From Alphaproteobacteria bacterium (GTDB lineage Bacteria; Pseudomonadota; Alphaproteobacteria; Rs-D84; SZUA-605): 64,000 nucleotides of DNA. The number at the start of each line of letters is the position of its first letter. Position 1 is the stretch's first letter. This document shows, one piece after another, positions 28,854-39,115 of the stretch. The stretch is taken from NCBI GenBank assembly GCA_031549385.1, contig JAVBPW010000002.1, forward strand, positions 1-64,000. The letters run 5' to 3'. A model generated the notes under the pieces. It saw only the letters and a program-made list of their open reading frames with translations, was not told the DNA's origin and did not search any database. Made by a program: the position numbers and the translations under genes.

Positions 28854-30511
28854 TAGAAAAGCTCCTTTTCATCTAAGAATCCACACCAACGTTCTACATC
28901 GTCAATTGATACTAATCCTTTTAACATTTTTTCTATTGCATATTCTCTAAGAGAAACTCCACCAAGCTCTTTTTTCCAATATTCAATTGCTTCGTCTGTT
29001 TTTCTTTCTAAGGCTAGGCCTAATAGTTTTGCGTCAGGAAGAATTATTTCAAATACTCCAATACGACCTGTTACACCTTTACCTTTACATACATCGCAAC
29101 CTGGTCCTTTTGTATATGCCATGTCTGCTTTTTGTTGGCCTATTGTTTTTAAAGCTCTTCTGTATGCTGGATTATCTGTTGCACCTCTTAATGATTTTTT
29201 GCAATTAGGGCAAAGTCTTTTAAATAATCTTTGTGATACTAATCCTTTCATTAAAGATGCATCGCCTAATTTAAAATCTTCTACACCCATATCAAGAAGA
29301 CGAGTTAAAATTGCTATCGCAGAATTAGCGTGAAGTGTTGTCCAAACGTTGTGACCTGATAAAGCTCCACGGAATGTTAAATCCGCTGCTGATTTTGTTC
29401 TGATTTCTCCAACCATCATTGCGTCAGGGTCTGAACGAAGAGCAGCTGCAAGAGCAGATGTAAACGCTGCATCTTTTTCTTCTTCTGTTGCAGTGTTTGT
29501 CACAGGCATTTGGCGTGATCCTGGAATAGGGTATTCAGGTGGATCTTCCACTGTGATTAAATTTATTTCATAATTTCTTTCTTTTAACATTAGAATCATG
29601 TTTTGTTGTAAAGTAGTAGATTTTCCAGATCCTGTTGGACCAGCTATGATACATAATCCTGTTGGAAAGCTACGCATTTTGTAAAATAATTCTAATTGAT
29701 GTGGTTCTAATCCTAAAGTTTCTAATCCTCTTCCTGCATCTTGGCTTGCATACAAAAGTCGCATAACCAAATATTGAGAACCAAAGGCTATTGGATTGAA
29801 TTGTAAACGTATAGCTAATACATTTCTTGGAAGATATAAATCTTTTGAACCACGTAGTGGAGTATCTCCTAATTTTTGTGCTGCTTGGAATTCATTTTGA
29901 GCATAGTTTGAGTCAGATATATCAGCAGATGCAAATACAGAACGTACAAATGCTTCACCCCATGTGCCATCAAATTCCATCATCTTTTGCATTGTACCAT
30001 CCATTCTGAAAAGAATTGTTGTTTCATTTCCTACAATTACGTGAATATCTGATACTCCGCGTTCTGCTGCTTTTGAAACTATATCTACATAGTCTTTTTG
30101 AATTTGATTATTAAACGCGTCTAAATTAGGAATTAAATTTTTCTTTTTTAAATTTTCTTTGTAGATTTCATTTAAATTTCCAAGAGAAGTATATACAGTG
30201 CTTGTTATTTTATTTTTTGTTTTATTAAGTAATGAAACAAAACTTAAAACTTGTCCATCATATTTATGAGTGTTTGAAATTACTAATGTTCCATCTGAAA
30301 AATATGCTAAAATGTTTTTTGTTTCATGATTTAATGCTAGCTTTTCACCTGTATCTGTTAGAAGGCGATTGTTTGGAACAAATAATGTTTTGATTAATTC
30401 TGCGGCAGTAATTTCACGTGCTACAGTTTTTGGTTTTTCTGTTGCAGGTTTTGCAGCGTCTGTTTTTGTAACAGGTTGTGCTGGTGTAATAGGTGTTTTT
30501 TGTTCTGCCAT
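28853..30511 (-). CDS. pilQ: Type IV pilus assembly ATPase (PilQ/GspE family)
   Basis: SDIH, GPTGSGKST, ITVEDPPEY, LRSDPD..MVGEIR, TTLHAN, CPNC..CDVC zinc site. Confidence 0.88.
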   Translation of the reverse strand: MAEQKTPITPAQPVTKTDAAKPATEKPKTVAREITAAELIKTLFVPNNRLLTDTGEKLALNHETKNILAYFSDGTLVISNTHKYDGQVLSFVSLLNKTKNKITSTVYTSLGNLNEIYKENLKKKNLIPNLDAFNNQIQKDYVDIVSKAAERGVSDIHVIVGNETTILFRMDGTMQKMMEFDGTWGEAFVRSVFASADISDSNYAQNEFQAAQKLGDTPLRGSKDLYLPRNVLAIRLQFNPIAFGSQYLVMRLLYASQDAGRGLETLGLEPHQLELFYKMRSFPTGLCIIAGPTGSGKSTTLQQNMILMLKERNYEINLITVEDPPEYPIPGSRQMPVTNTATEEEKDAAFTSALAAALRSDPDAMMVGEIRTKSAADLTFRGALSGHNVWTTLHANSAIAILTRLLDMGVEDFKLGDASLMKGLVSQRLFKRLCPNCKKSLRGATDNPAYRRALKTIGQQKADMAYTKGPGCDVCKGKGVTGRIGVFEIILPDAKLLGLALERKTDEAIEYWKKELGGVSLREYAIEKMLKGLVSIDDVERWCGFLDEKELF

Positions 30512-30512
30512 T

Positions 30513-31535
30513 TTAATTTTGCTTCATTTTTAATGGGTATAATTTTTTACCTTTTTCAAAAACTATTCCATCTTGTGGAGATATAGAGCGAACTATTATT
30601 CCATCTCCTATTGTTGTTCCTTGACGAACAGTTATTTTTTTGTTTTGTGGTATATTTAATAAAGTTGCTGTTAAATTTCCACCAATTCCCATAATGCTTT
30701 TAATTTCATACACAGATGTTACTTCAAATGTCTTAGAAGAATCTTCTGGTTGAACTGGAGTGCTTACTTCTGATACATATGATGGACCTGCATCAGATGG
30801 TGCTGAACTTACTGATTCAGAACTTTCTGCACTTACTTGTTCAAGTTTTCTGATTTCATTATCTAATTTCAATTGGTCTCTTTTTAATTTAGATAATTCA
30901 AGTTCCATCTGTTTGTGTTTTGTTTCTAAATCAAGTACAAATTTTTCATTTTCAAGTTCTGAAAGTTTTGTAAATAATGAGTCTGAAAAATCTAATGATA
31001 GTAATGGATGTAAATATTTTGAATCTGATGGAATTACTATTAATTCATTTTTTTCAACTACATCAACAGGTTGTCCATTTATACTTGGAGCAGCTGAAGA
31101 ATTTGTGAATTGTTCAAAAGGTATATTTGTTGGCTGAACAGGTTGTTCAGGCATAGGTTGTGGTTGTTGTGGAGCTTCAACAAAAGGAATAGGTTGTTCC
31201 TCCATTGGTTGTGGAGCAGGTTCAACAGCTGGTGCTGGTTGTATTTCTGGAGCAGGCTGAACAATTGGAGCAGGTTGAACTTGAGGTTCATCTGGAAATA
31301 CTTCGTTTTGTGCAAGAGATGATAATATTTCTTGTTTTTGTGGGTCTTGCTCTACATATAGTTCATCTTCTGGAATATCTTCGTTTGTGATGTCTACTGA
31401 TAATGGCATATCGTCCATTAAATCAATTGGTTCTGATGGTGCAGGCATTGATACGTTAATTTCTTCTTGTGCAGATAAACGACTAGACGCGCATATTACT
31501 GCTATTAAAAAAAACAATATACTAATCTTTTTCAT
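30513..31535 (-). CDS. Secreted PilP-like pilus accessory protein with Pro/Gln-rich linker and coiled coil
   Basis: Signal peptide; C-terminal IMGIGGNLTATL..VRQG..IGDGIIVRSIS resembles the type IVb PilP domain; position between pilO and pilQ. Confidence 0.6.
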   Translation of the reverse strand: MKKISILFFLIAVICASSRLSAQEEINVSMPAPSEPIDLMDDMPLSVDITNEDIPEDELYVEQDPQKQEILSSLAQNEVFPDEPQVQPAPIVQPAPEIQPAPAVEPAPQPMEEQPIPFVEAPQQPQPMPEQPVQPTNIPFEQFTNSSAAPSINGQPVDVVEKNELIVIPSDSKYLHPLLSLDFSDSLFTKLSELENEKFVLDLETKHKQMELELSKLKRDQLKLDNEIRKLEQVSAESSESVSSAPSDAGPSYVSEVSTPVQPEDSSKTFEVTSVYEIKSIMGIGGNLTATLLNIPQNKKITVRQGTTIGDGIIVRSISPQDGIVFEKGKKLYPLKMKQN

Positions 31536-32859
31536 AAACACGCCCTTCAACCTTCCATGTCTGAGACTTTTGATCCCAAACTATTTCTTTAAACTCAGCA
31601 CTTCCTATTGACCTAAATAGCTTTGCCCACTCTATTATATCCAATTTTGAGTTAAAAGTAAACTTCATAAATGAAAATTTTTTAATAATATTTCCATTTA
31701 TCGCTTGGTCTTCTAAAAATTCAGTCTGAATTTTGATTGAAGTTCGTTGAGAAAAGGCTAAAAACCTCTTCTTTACTATATCTTTTGGTTCTGTTGGAGC
31801 TATACTTACCTTTGTAAATTTTGGTTGTGATATTGAAGTTGATACATTTTCTCCGTTATCGTCAAATTTTACATTAACATTGCCTAAGATTGGTTTGAAA
31901 TATTTATCAAACGCTTTTGAAATTATAGAAATATCACCTTGATTTCTTGTGTATGATGCTTCTATAGTTGTTGGATTACATGTAATAGTTTTTAAATCCC
32001 ATCCAAATATTGGTTTTGAATATAGAGATACTGCCTTTTTACAAATTGCAGCAAATTCTATTATATCATCCATTTCTTGCCATGGAAGAGTTGGGTCTTT
32101 TTGTTTTACTATTAAAGGTTGCTCAGGTTGAACTGTTGCAGAAGTTCCTGGAGCTGTTTGTACAGTTTGTCCTTCAGGTTGACCTTTATCTAATTTTTCT
32201 GGCTTATACTTTTCAAGTAATGCAGAATCTTGTTTAGGCTTTTTTGGAGCAGGGCTTATTAATCTTAATAAAGAGTTTTTATATACTAATGCTATAAATA
32301 AAACAAAGATAGAAATCAAAATTATGTTTTGAAGAGTTGATTGTTTTTTTAATGGCAATAATCTTTGATAGCTTTCTCTTTCAAATAATTCTTCTATTGT
32401 TGTTGGTGATGAACCATCAACTCTCCATTCAACTGGTGCGATTTTATATGCCCAATCTGGAAGTTCTAATAATTTTAAATAATGTGCTTTTGCTTCATCT
32501 TCTGTTTCAAATAATGCATCATCTTCTGGTAAGATAAGTCCGTTTCTTACTGCACATAACCAATAACCTTGTTGTGTTTTTAAACAAGATAAAATTGATG
32601 GTTTGTCTTTTAATACTGATGTTAATGAAATAGCTGCTACAAATTGTTTATCTCTGTGACCTAGTTCACGGAATGCTAGTCCATATTGAGCATTACCAAA
32701 TGTTTTTATGCAATAATAGTTTGCTTGTGGGACTAATGACTTTGATGTTTTTTCTATTTCAAGAAGAGGGTTCTTCTTGTCGTTTAATGGTTGCCAAAAA
32801 AGTCCTACTGCGTAAGACTTATTGGCAACTATTATAACTTGTTTAAAGTTCTTGTTCAT
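31522..32859 (-). CDS. pilO: Type IVb pilus protein PilO (PilO2 family)
   Basis: YAVGLFWQPL, YWLCAVRNGLILPEDD, central TM, PW and GW motifs in the periplasmic part. Confidence 0.8.
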   Translation of the reverse strand: MNKNFKQVIIVANKSYAVGLFWQPLNDKKNPLLEIEKTSKSLVPQANYYCIKTFGNAQYGLAFRELGHRDKQFVAAISLTSVLKDKPSILSCLKTQQGYWLCAVRNGLILPEDDALFETEDEAKAHYLKLLELPDWAYKIAPVEWRVDGSSPTTIEELFERESYQRLLPLKKQSTLQNIILISIFVLFIALVYKNSLLRLISPAPKKPKQDSALLEKYKPEKLDKGQPEGQTVQTAPGTSATVQPEQPLIVKQKDPTLPWQEMDDIIEFAAICKKAVSLYSKPIFGWDLKTITCNPTTIEASYTRNQGDISIISKAFDKYFKPILGNVNVKFDDNGENVSTSISQPKFTKVSIAPTEPKDIVKKRFLAFSQRTSIKIQTEFLEDQAINGNIIKKFSFMKFTFNSKLDIIEWAKLFRSIGSAEFKEIVWDQKSQTWKVEGRVYEKD

Positions 32860-32894
32860 ATTTCCCCTTCACAATATGAAGGAACTACCAATCT

Positions 32895-34469
32895 TTAGTA
32901 GGTTGGTGTTCCCCAAGCTTCAGAATGTCTTTCTTCTGGATCAAGTGGGGATGCTATGATTTGTGGTGTTATCATGATAACTAGGATATTTCTTTCACTT
33001 ATTGTTTCTCGTCCCCCTCCAAGAGTCATAAAGTTAGGATCACCTACACCATATCTTGTATCTGAATTATTACCTTTTTCGAATCCAGTTAATATCAATG
33101 TTTGACCTGATTTTAACACAGCTTCTTGTAAGAATGATCTTTCTTCAATTCTTGGAAGTTGTAAGTCAATATTGTTGATAGTCATCTTATCGAAGCCTAA
33201 TAATTCTCTTAAAGACATTTTAAACATTAATAGTAATCTTCCATTTTCAAAAATGTTTGGTAGAAGTTGTAAGTTAAAACCTACATTTTCTTCTTTAGGT
33301 TCTACACCTGTTTGACCTTGATTTTGAGTGAATTCACTAATTTCAATCTTATCAATGTATTTAAATGTTTGTGTGTTGTTAACTGGAGCAACTCTGTTAT
33401 TACGTGTTGTTACAGTTGCTGTTGTTACTACAGAAATTTGACCTTGTTTTGCAAGTGCTTGGATAGCTGCAGATGTTCCAGAGAAGTCTTCAAGAGCTCC
33501 TGTTCCATTTACAATAGCCATGTTTCCACTTTGCATAAATGGTGTTTGTGAGAATGGATTCCTGTATGATCCGTTACCTGTTCCAAGTTCAAGTCCAGCT
33601 GTGTTTTTGAAAAGTAAATTTAAGTCTAATCCTACAGTGTTACTATCGTTAATTGTAACTTGTAAAACTCTTACAGTAATAGATACCATTTTTGATAATC
33701 TTCTGTTCTTTTCTTTTACATATTGGCTTACTTTTTCAATTGTTGCAGGTGTTCCTGTTACGGTGATTGTTCCTGTTGAAACTGCAACTGTTGCTCCACC
33801 ATCTGGAACTAATGTTGCTAATTCAGTTTTAATATCATTCCATTCATCTAATTCAATATTTGTTGTTAGAGAATCGCCTGTTTCACCTTTTTTACCAAGT
33901 GACATATTTGAATTATATGATGACTTTGTTGCAAGTGAATAGATAGTAAATGTTTTTGTTAACTTTTTGAACATAGTAATTTTACGTCCATCATAATACC
34001 AATTTACTCCTGTTTCTGTTCCGATTTTATTTAAAAGACCAGAAAGGGTTCCTGTATATGATAGTTCCATAGAATCCATATTTTTTGGATCAACAGAATC
34101 GTCAAAATCAATTAAAATGTCTGTCAATGCAGTTATTTGATTTGCAATATCATTTAATTTTTCTTGCTTGTCTGTTACAATTGTTATTCCTAATGGAGTT
34201 TCTAATCTCTTAGGTAATGGTTCTCTGTTTTTTCTGTTTACAGATTGATTTCCTAACCAGATGTCTTTTGAAACTTCAACTGTGTCATATTTCAATTGCT
34301 TTGCAGGATTTTTTGCACGTTCTAAATTTTCTGCAGCTTCTTTGTATTGATCAGCAACTTCTGTGTTTACTGACTCAGTTGCCTGAGGATCGCAAGAACA
34401 CATAAAGAACACTGAAGAAATTACTAGTAAAGAAGTTACTAATTTATTTTTATTAATCTGCATTTTCAT
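32895..34469 (-). CDS. pilN: Type IVb pilus lipoprotein secretin (PilN/BfpB family)
   Basis: Lipobox FFMCSC, YTGTLSGLLN, GTITVTGTP, AIQALAKQG, LKSGQTLILTGFE, VIMITP. Confidence 0.88.
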   Translation of the reverse strand: MKMQINKNKLVTSLLVISSVFFMCSCDPQATESVNTEVADQYKEAAENLERAKNPAKQLKYDTVEVSKDIWLGNQSVNRKNREPLPKRLETPLGITIVTDKQEKLNDIANQITALTDILIDFDDSVDPKNMDSMELSYTGTLSGLLNKIGTETGVNWYYDGRKITMFKKLTKTFTIYSLATKSSYNSNMSLGKKGETGDSLTTNIELDEWNDIKTELATLVPDGGATVAVSTGTITVTGTPATIEKVSQYVKEKNRRLSKMVSITVRVLQVTINDSNTVGLDLNLLFKNTAGLELGTGNGSYRNPFSQTPFMQSGNMAIVNGTGALEDFSGTSAAIQALAKQGQISVVTTATVTTRNNRVAPVNNTQTFKYIDKIEISEFTQNQGQTGVEPKEENVGFNLQLLPNIFENGRLLLMFKMSLRELLGFDKMTINNIDLQLPRIEERSFLQEAVLKSGQTLILTGFEKGNNSDTRYGVGDPNFMTLGGGRETISERNILVIMITPQIIASPLDPEERHSEAWGTPTY

Positions 34470-35124
34470 CCTCCAATGTTTTTACAACTAATACTTTGTT
34501 TCCGAAGTAGAACTTTGCATATGGAGGAGGTGATGCTCTTCCAAATGATCTTACTAATGCTGATGCTACGTCAGTAAATCTTCCTTTAAATATAGCAGAC
34601 GCTTTTAAAGGATATTCTCTGTTTGTACTCCAAACAATTTCCCATCCTTCAAGAGTTGCCCATTCTTCGATAATTTCACGAACTGTTTTTCCATCTTTTG
34701 CAACCCATTCGCGAATCATGTCAGGACGATATTCTTTTTCGCCTTCCATTTGTGATACACCATATTCGTTTATAGTATATACTTCTTGTTCGCTAATCAT
34801 TGGTGCTACTGGAGCGTTAGATCCAGAAAGAGTTTGATATCCATTGTTTTCAATTAATTTAACATTAGATAATTTCATAACACTATCTTCTTCACCATTA
34901 ATTAAAAAATTATCAGGAGGTGTAAGAGATGCTCCACCACTCCATCCATCAGTTGGTGCGTTATTCATATCTTGAGCAGCATGTCCACCAAAATTTAGTG
35001 TTTTGTTTTGTGAATAATAATCAGCTTCAGAGCCAATCAAAGGCCAAGCTGGTGGTGTGTCTGAATCTGCAAATGCAGGGACACATAATAGTGCACAAAT
35101 AGCAATAATAATTTTGAATTTCAT
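34453..35124 (-). CDS. TcpQ-domain protein (PilL C-terminal-like)
   Basis: Signal peptide; W...GKTVREIIEEWA..EGWEIVW....YPL..A..F.G.F..A pattern. Confidence 0.75.
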   Translation of the reverse strand: MKFKIIIAICALLCVPAFADSDTPPAWPLIGSEADYYSQNKTLNFGGHAAQDMNNAPTDGWSGGASLTPPDNFLINGEEDSVMKLSNVKLIENNGYQTLSGSNAPVAPMISEQEVYTINEYGVSQMEGEKEYRPDMIREWVAKDGKTVREIIEEWATLEGWEIVWSTNREYPLKASAIFKGRFTDVASALVRSFGRASPPPYAKFYFGNKVLVVKTLEDENAD

Positions 35125-35248
35125 TTATTTCCTTCCCCTATAAGTCCTTAACTAGTTCCATTTATAAACATATATCTTTATAATTTCAAGAGAAAAATGT
35201 AATTCAGATTACTTTAAGTGATAAAGAAATAAAAAGTTTTATATAATA

Positions 35249-37381
35249 CTATTTTTTCATCAAAAATATTGGTAGTGGAGATGGTTGAGGAATCGCAGCT
35301 TTCTCTTTTAATTTGTCATCTTTAAACCATAATGGTGTTTCTGCTTCAATTGGATAATCCATTTCACCTTGAATTAATACATAATGTTTTCCAAATCCTA
35401 TGTTTAGCATATCTTTTGCAGATATAATTCTGCTTTTAACCATATTCTTTTCTGTTTCAACTGTATTTCCTTTTTCAGTTTTTTCATTCCAGATTTCATC
35501 CCAACCTTTTTTGAATTTGTTTTCAATATCTGTCATGTGACCTACTAGTTTTTCGAATCTTTCAGCTGCTTCATTATTGTTTTGTCTAAATATGATTTTT
35601 GCTGCTGTATTTGATATCATTGTTTCTACTGCTTCTTTTCCATATCGTTCTTCAATTTGATTTAAATCTTGTCCAATTAAAAGATATGATACTTTTTGTC
35701 CACGACCAATTGCAGGTCCGTTTATAACTGCGTCTAATTTTGGCATTTGTGGAAATTCGTCAAGTACAAATAATGTTGGGAATGGTCCCATTTTTCCATC
35801 ACGTTCACTTGTTGAATCTGGTTTGTTTGTTATTAAATAACGTGACATTAATTCTATAAAGATAGCAGAGATTTTTCCTAGTGCTACTGCGTCTGTTTGG
35901 TTTACACTTAAATAAACAGTTACAGGTTTCATTTTTCCATCACGAGGGTCTATCATTCCTCTTAAATATTTAAATTTAATATCATTGCGCATTGTTCTTT
36001 GACGAACAGCTTCGTTGTTGAAAATATTTATTTCTGTTAAGAATGTTGATATAACTGATGCTCTTTCTTTGTCACCTGCATTTGCTAGTTTTGTTAGTTC
36101 TTGAATTGCACGACGGGAGTAATTAAAACGTTGTCCTTCTTTTACTAAACTTTGTAAAATTTCTTTCATTGCGTCTGTTTGACCTGCACTATAATCACCC
36201 ATTTCTTTTCTTTTATTTATTGCGTCTGCAGTTTTGATTTGAAGATTTGTTATTAAGTCTAACATCATTGGAAAACAAGCTTCTTTGCCTGTCCATTCTT
36301 GTGGAATATTATCCCATGTTCCAACTGGTACAAAATTTGATGCATTTAATTTTCCTTCACGAAGAAGTACTAATGCACCTGATGCTAGGTTATCAACCAT
36401 AGACATATAATATGAAGCTAATAATCTTGCATCTTCTGTATCAAATGTGTGGTCTTGCATTCTTTTTAAGAAGTAATCACTTGCTCTTGCTCTTTCACAT
36501 TTTGATACTATTAAATGTACGAATCCTGTTAAGGCATTTCGGCCTGCTATTGACCAATATGTGTCACCTTTAGTATTTGATTGAATCATTACGTTTACCA
36601 TTGATTCTACATACATATCTCTTTCTGGTCCAAGTGGTGGAATACTATCTGGGGCTAATGGATTCCATGATGGGTAAAAAATTCCTTTTTGTGGGTCGTC
36701 TTGTTTTCCCCAATCTATTGTAAATGATACTCCTATTTTTCCACGGTATCCTGAAGTCATTTCAGAAAGTTCTGGCTTTGGGTCGTTTACTATCATACTT
36801 ACGGTATCATTTTCAAATAATGTTGCTGCCACAATACCGGCTGATTTTCCAGTTCCTGGAGGAGCAAAACAAAGTACAGAAAATGTTTCGTTTAATTTTA
36901 TGTATGTCTTTTTTATTTTTCCAAGAACAAATATGAATCCATCTTTTACTATTTTCATGTTTTTAACATCATCTTCAGTTGCTTTATGTCCATCGCCATA
37001 TGCTTTTACATATTTTTTGTATGGATTTAATTTTCCTATAAAATATTTTGCTACTGGAGCTGTGAAAAGTGGAAGGAATATTATTCCATGAAACATATCT
37101 GGAGCTGTAAAAAATGATGGGAGCCATACATATAAATAATAACGGAAGATTTCTAATCCACCTGTTTTTACAATTTCTTCCATATATCTTGAAAATAAAA
37201 TAGGAAAGTTGTTATCAAAACCATTGCGAGCTAAATATTCTGCAGGGATTGCAAAAATACAAGCTATGTAAACTAAAACATAGTAAAGAGTCCAGGCTTT
37301 TATTCTCCAAATAATGCTCTGGGTCTTTTCTTTGCTTTTTTTATCAAATGATTTTTCAAATCTTTTTTCAATTAGTGCCAT
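35249..37381 (-). CDS. virD4: Type IV secretion coupling protein (VirD4/TraG family)
   Basis: Two N-terminal TMs, APPGTGKS Walker A, VNDPKPE, WNPL, LFVLDEF Walker B, GQDLNQIEERYG, ISN. Confidence 0.9.
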   Translation of the reverse strand: MALIEKRFEKSFDKKSKEKTQSIIWRIKAWTLYYVLVYIACIFAIPAEYLARNGFDNNFPILFSRYMEEIVKTGGLEIFRYYLYVWLPSFFTAPDMFHGIIFLPLFTAPVAKYFIGKLNPYKKYVKAYGDGHKATEDDVKNMKIVKDGFIFVLGKIKKTYIKLNETFSVLCFAPPGTGKSAGIVAATLFENDTVSMIVNDPKPELSEMTSGYRGKIGVSFTIDWGKQDDPQKGIFYPSWNPLAPDSIPPLGPERDMYVESMVNVMIQSNTKGDTYWSIAGRNALTGFVHLIVSKCERARASDYFLKRMQDHTFDTEDARLLASYYMSMVDNLASGALVLLREGKLNASNFVPVGTWDNIPQEWTGKEACFPMMLDLITNLQIKTADAINKRKEMGDYSAGQTDAMKEILQSLVKEGQRFNYSRRAIQELTKLANAGDKERASVISTFLTEINIFNNEAVRQRTMRNDIKFKYLRGMIDPRDGKMKPVTVYLSVNQTDAVALGKISAIFIELMSRYLITNKPDSTSERDGKMGPFPTLFVLDEFPQMPKLDAVINGPAIGRGQKVSYLLIGQDLNQIEERYGKEAVETMISNTAAKIIFRQNNNEAAERFEKLVGHMTDIENKFKKGWDEIWNEKTEKGNTVETEKNMVKSRIISAKDMLNIGFGKHYVLIQGEMDYPIEAETPLWFKDDKLKEKAAIPQPSPLPIFLMKK

Positions 37382-37513
37382 ACACCCCTCGTTATATGGA
37401 TATTTATGTTTCTTTTGTATGATAACCTACTTTCCAAAAAAAAGAAAGAAAATATTTGCATAACGCATTTGTTTATGCTACAATTACTTATATTTAATAA
37501 AGGAGTTTTTGAA

Positions 37514-37852
37514 ATGAATAAAAGATTTTTGCCATTTTTCGCACTATTAGGAATATTTGGTTTATGTGCTGTGTTGCCAGCAGATGCTTTTGCACAAGCT
37601 GCAGTTTTGGCTAAACAAGCAGGTAATGTTTTTAAAAATATTAGAACATTAGTTTATATTGCAGCTGCTATTGCTATTATATGGCAAGGTGCAGATATGA
37701 TTATGAATGGTGGAACAGCTATTAATTGGGCGCCAATAAGAGGTATTGCTTATGGTCTTATTCTTGTTTATGCAGCAAGCTGGATTGTACAAGGTTTAGT
37801 TGCTCTTACAGGTGGTGGCAATGAAGGCGGTATAATCGGAGCTAATTTCTAG
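37514..37852 (+). CDS. VirB2/TrbC-like pilin
   Basis: AGGAG RBS; long signal peptide ending AFA-Q; two hydrophobic helices joined by a W-containing loop; divergent from virD4. Confidence 0.6.
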   Translation: MNKRFLPFFALLGIFGLCAVLPADAFAQAAVLAKQAGNVFKNIRTLVYIAAAIAIIWQGADMIMNGGTAINWAPIRGIAYGLILVYAASWIVQGLVALTGGGNEGGIIGANF

Positions 37853-37871
37853 AAATAGAATTTTAAAAAAT

Positions 37872-37901
37872 AAAATCCCCTGACAAAAAGGGGATTTTTT
37901 T
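37872..37901 (+). terminator. Intrinsic terminator
   Basis: AAAATCCCCT-GACAAAA-AGGGGATTTT plus T-run. Confidence 0.85.
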
Positions 37902-37957
37902 GTTTGCATTTGCAAGTTTTTTTATTAACCTTATAACTTATAAAAAAGGAGACTTTT

Positions 37958-39112
37958 ATGACTACATTAAATAATGAACAACGTTTTAATATTATCACTC
38001 GTAATTTAGAAGAAATTATTGGCGAGGATGATTTACGATATATGTTGGATAGTGGAGCTCCTATTAATCACTATATAGGTTTTGAAATTTCTGGAAAGCC
38101 TCATATTGGACAGGCTTTGATTGTTATGCAAAAAGTTAAAGATTTAATGGACGCAGGGGTTAATGTTAATTTCTTGCTTGCTGATTTGCATACATACTTA
38201 AATGGAAAGCTTAATGGTGATATGAAGTTAATTGCTGAAGTGAGAGATGGTTACTTTACTGAAATTATTAAAGCTTCAATTATGATGCTTGGAGGGGAAC
38301 CTGAAAAATTAAACTTTATTAAAGGTGGGGAATATTATGCTGCCCATCCTGATTACTGGACCACATTTTTAGAAATTTCTAAAAACACTACACTTGCTCG
38401 AATTGAACGTTCTATTTCTATTATGGGAAGAACAGATGGTGAATCTCAAGACTTTGGAACATTGTGTTATCCTCCTATGCAAGCAGCTGATATTTTTGCG
38501 ATGAAAATTAATATTGTTCAAGGTGGAATTGATCAAAGAAAAATTCATGTGGTTATGAGAGATGTGGCTAAATATATTAAAACTAATGCGCCTGAATTTA
38601 ATGGAAAATTTTTAAAGCCAGTTGCTATTCATACTCCACTTTTACCTGCGCTTGATGCCCCAGCTGTTTGGCCATTGCCTGAAGGTTGTGATATGAAGCA
38701 AATGCAAATAGATATGAAGATGAGTAAGTCTAAACCTGGTGGAGCTATTTATATCGACGATGAACCAGAAAAAATTAAGAAAACTATTATGAAAGGTTTT
38801 TGTGCTGAAAAAGAAATTGAATATAATCCTATTTTAGAATGGGTTAAAATGATTGTGTTCGATAGAGATGGGAAGGAAATTACTATTGTCAGACCAGAAC
38901 AATATGGTGGAAATATTTCTTTTAAAGATTATGAAGATTTGAAAAAGAAATTTGCTGATGGTTTGGTGCATCCTATTGATGTGAAAAACTTTTTGGCAGA
39001 TTACTTAATAAATCTTTTTGCACCAGCGAGAGAACATTTTGCAAAATCTCCGTATAGGGAAATGAAAGCAAGGACAGAAGAAATTTTAGAATCAGTTAAA
39101 AAGAAGAGATAA
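37958..39112 (+). CDS. tyrS: Tyrosine--tRNA ligase, archaeal/eukaryal type
   Basis: HYIGFEISGKPHIGQ, LADLHTYLN.K, YPPMQAADIF, GGIDQRKIH, KMSKS, VHPIDVK; no S4-like C-terminal domain. Confidence 0.88.
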   Translation: MTTLNNEQRFNIITRNLEEIIGEDDLRYMLDSGAPINHYIGFEISGKPHIGQALIVMQKVKDLMDAGVNVNFLLADLHTYLNGKLNGDMKLIAEVRDGYFTEIIKASIMMLGGEPEKLNFIKGGEYYAAHPDYWTTFLEISKNTTLARIERSISIMGRTDGESQDFGTLCYPPMQAADIFAMKINIVQGGIDQRKIHVVMRDVAKYIKTNAPEFNGKFLKPVAIHTPLLPALDAPAVWPLPEGCDMKQMQIDMKMSKSKPGGAIYIDDEPEKIKKTIMKGFCAEKEIEYNPILEWVKMIVFDRDGKEITIVRPEQYGGNISFKDYEDLKKKFADGLVHPIDVKNFLADYLINLFAPAREHFAKSPYREMKARTEEILESVKKKR

Positions 39113-39115
39113 TGG

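Noticed and set aside
31130-31290. Tandem DNA repeat (CAACC-type units) in the PilP-like gene
   Set aside because: Explained by a low-complexity QPAP linker in the protein; units are not exact
27774-37852. Intact ICE or integrated conjugative plasmid
   Set aside because: No integrase, relaxase, VirB4, att repeats or compositional shift in the window
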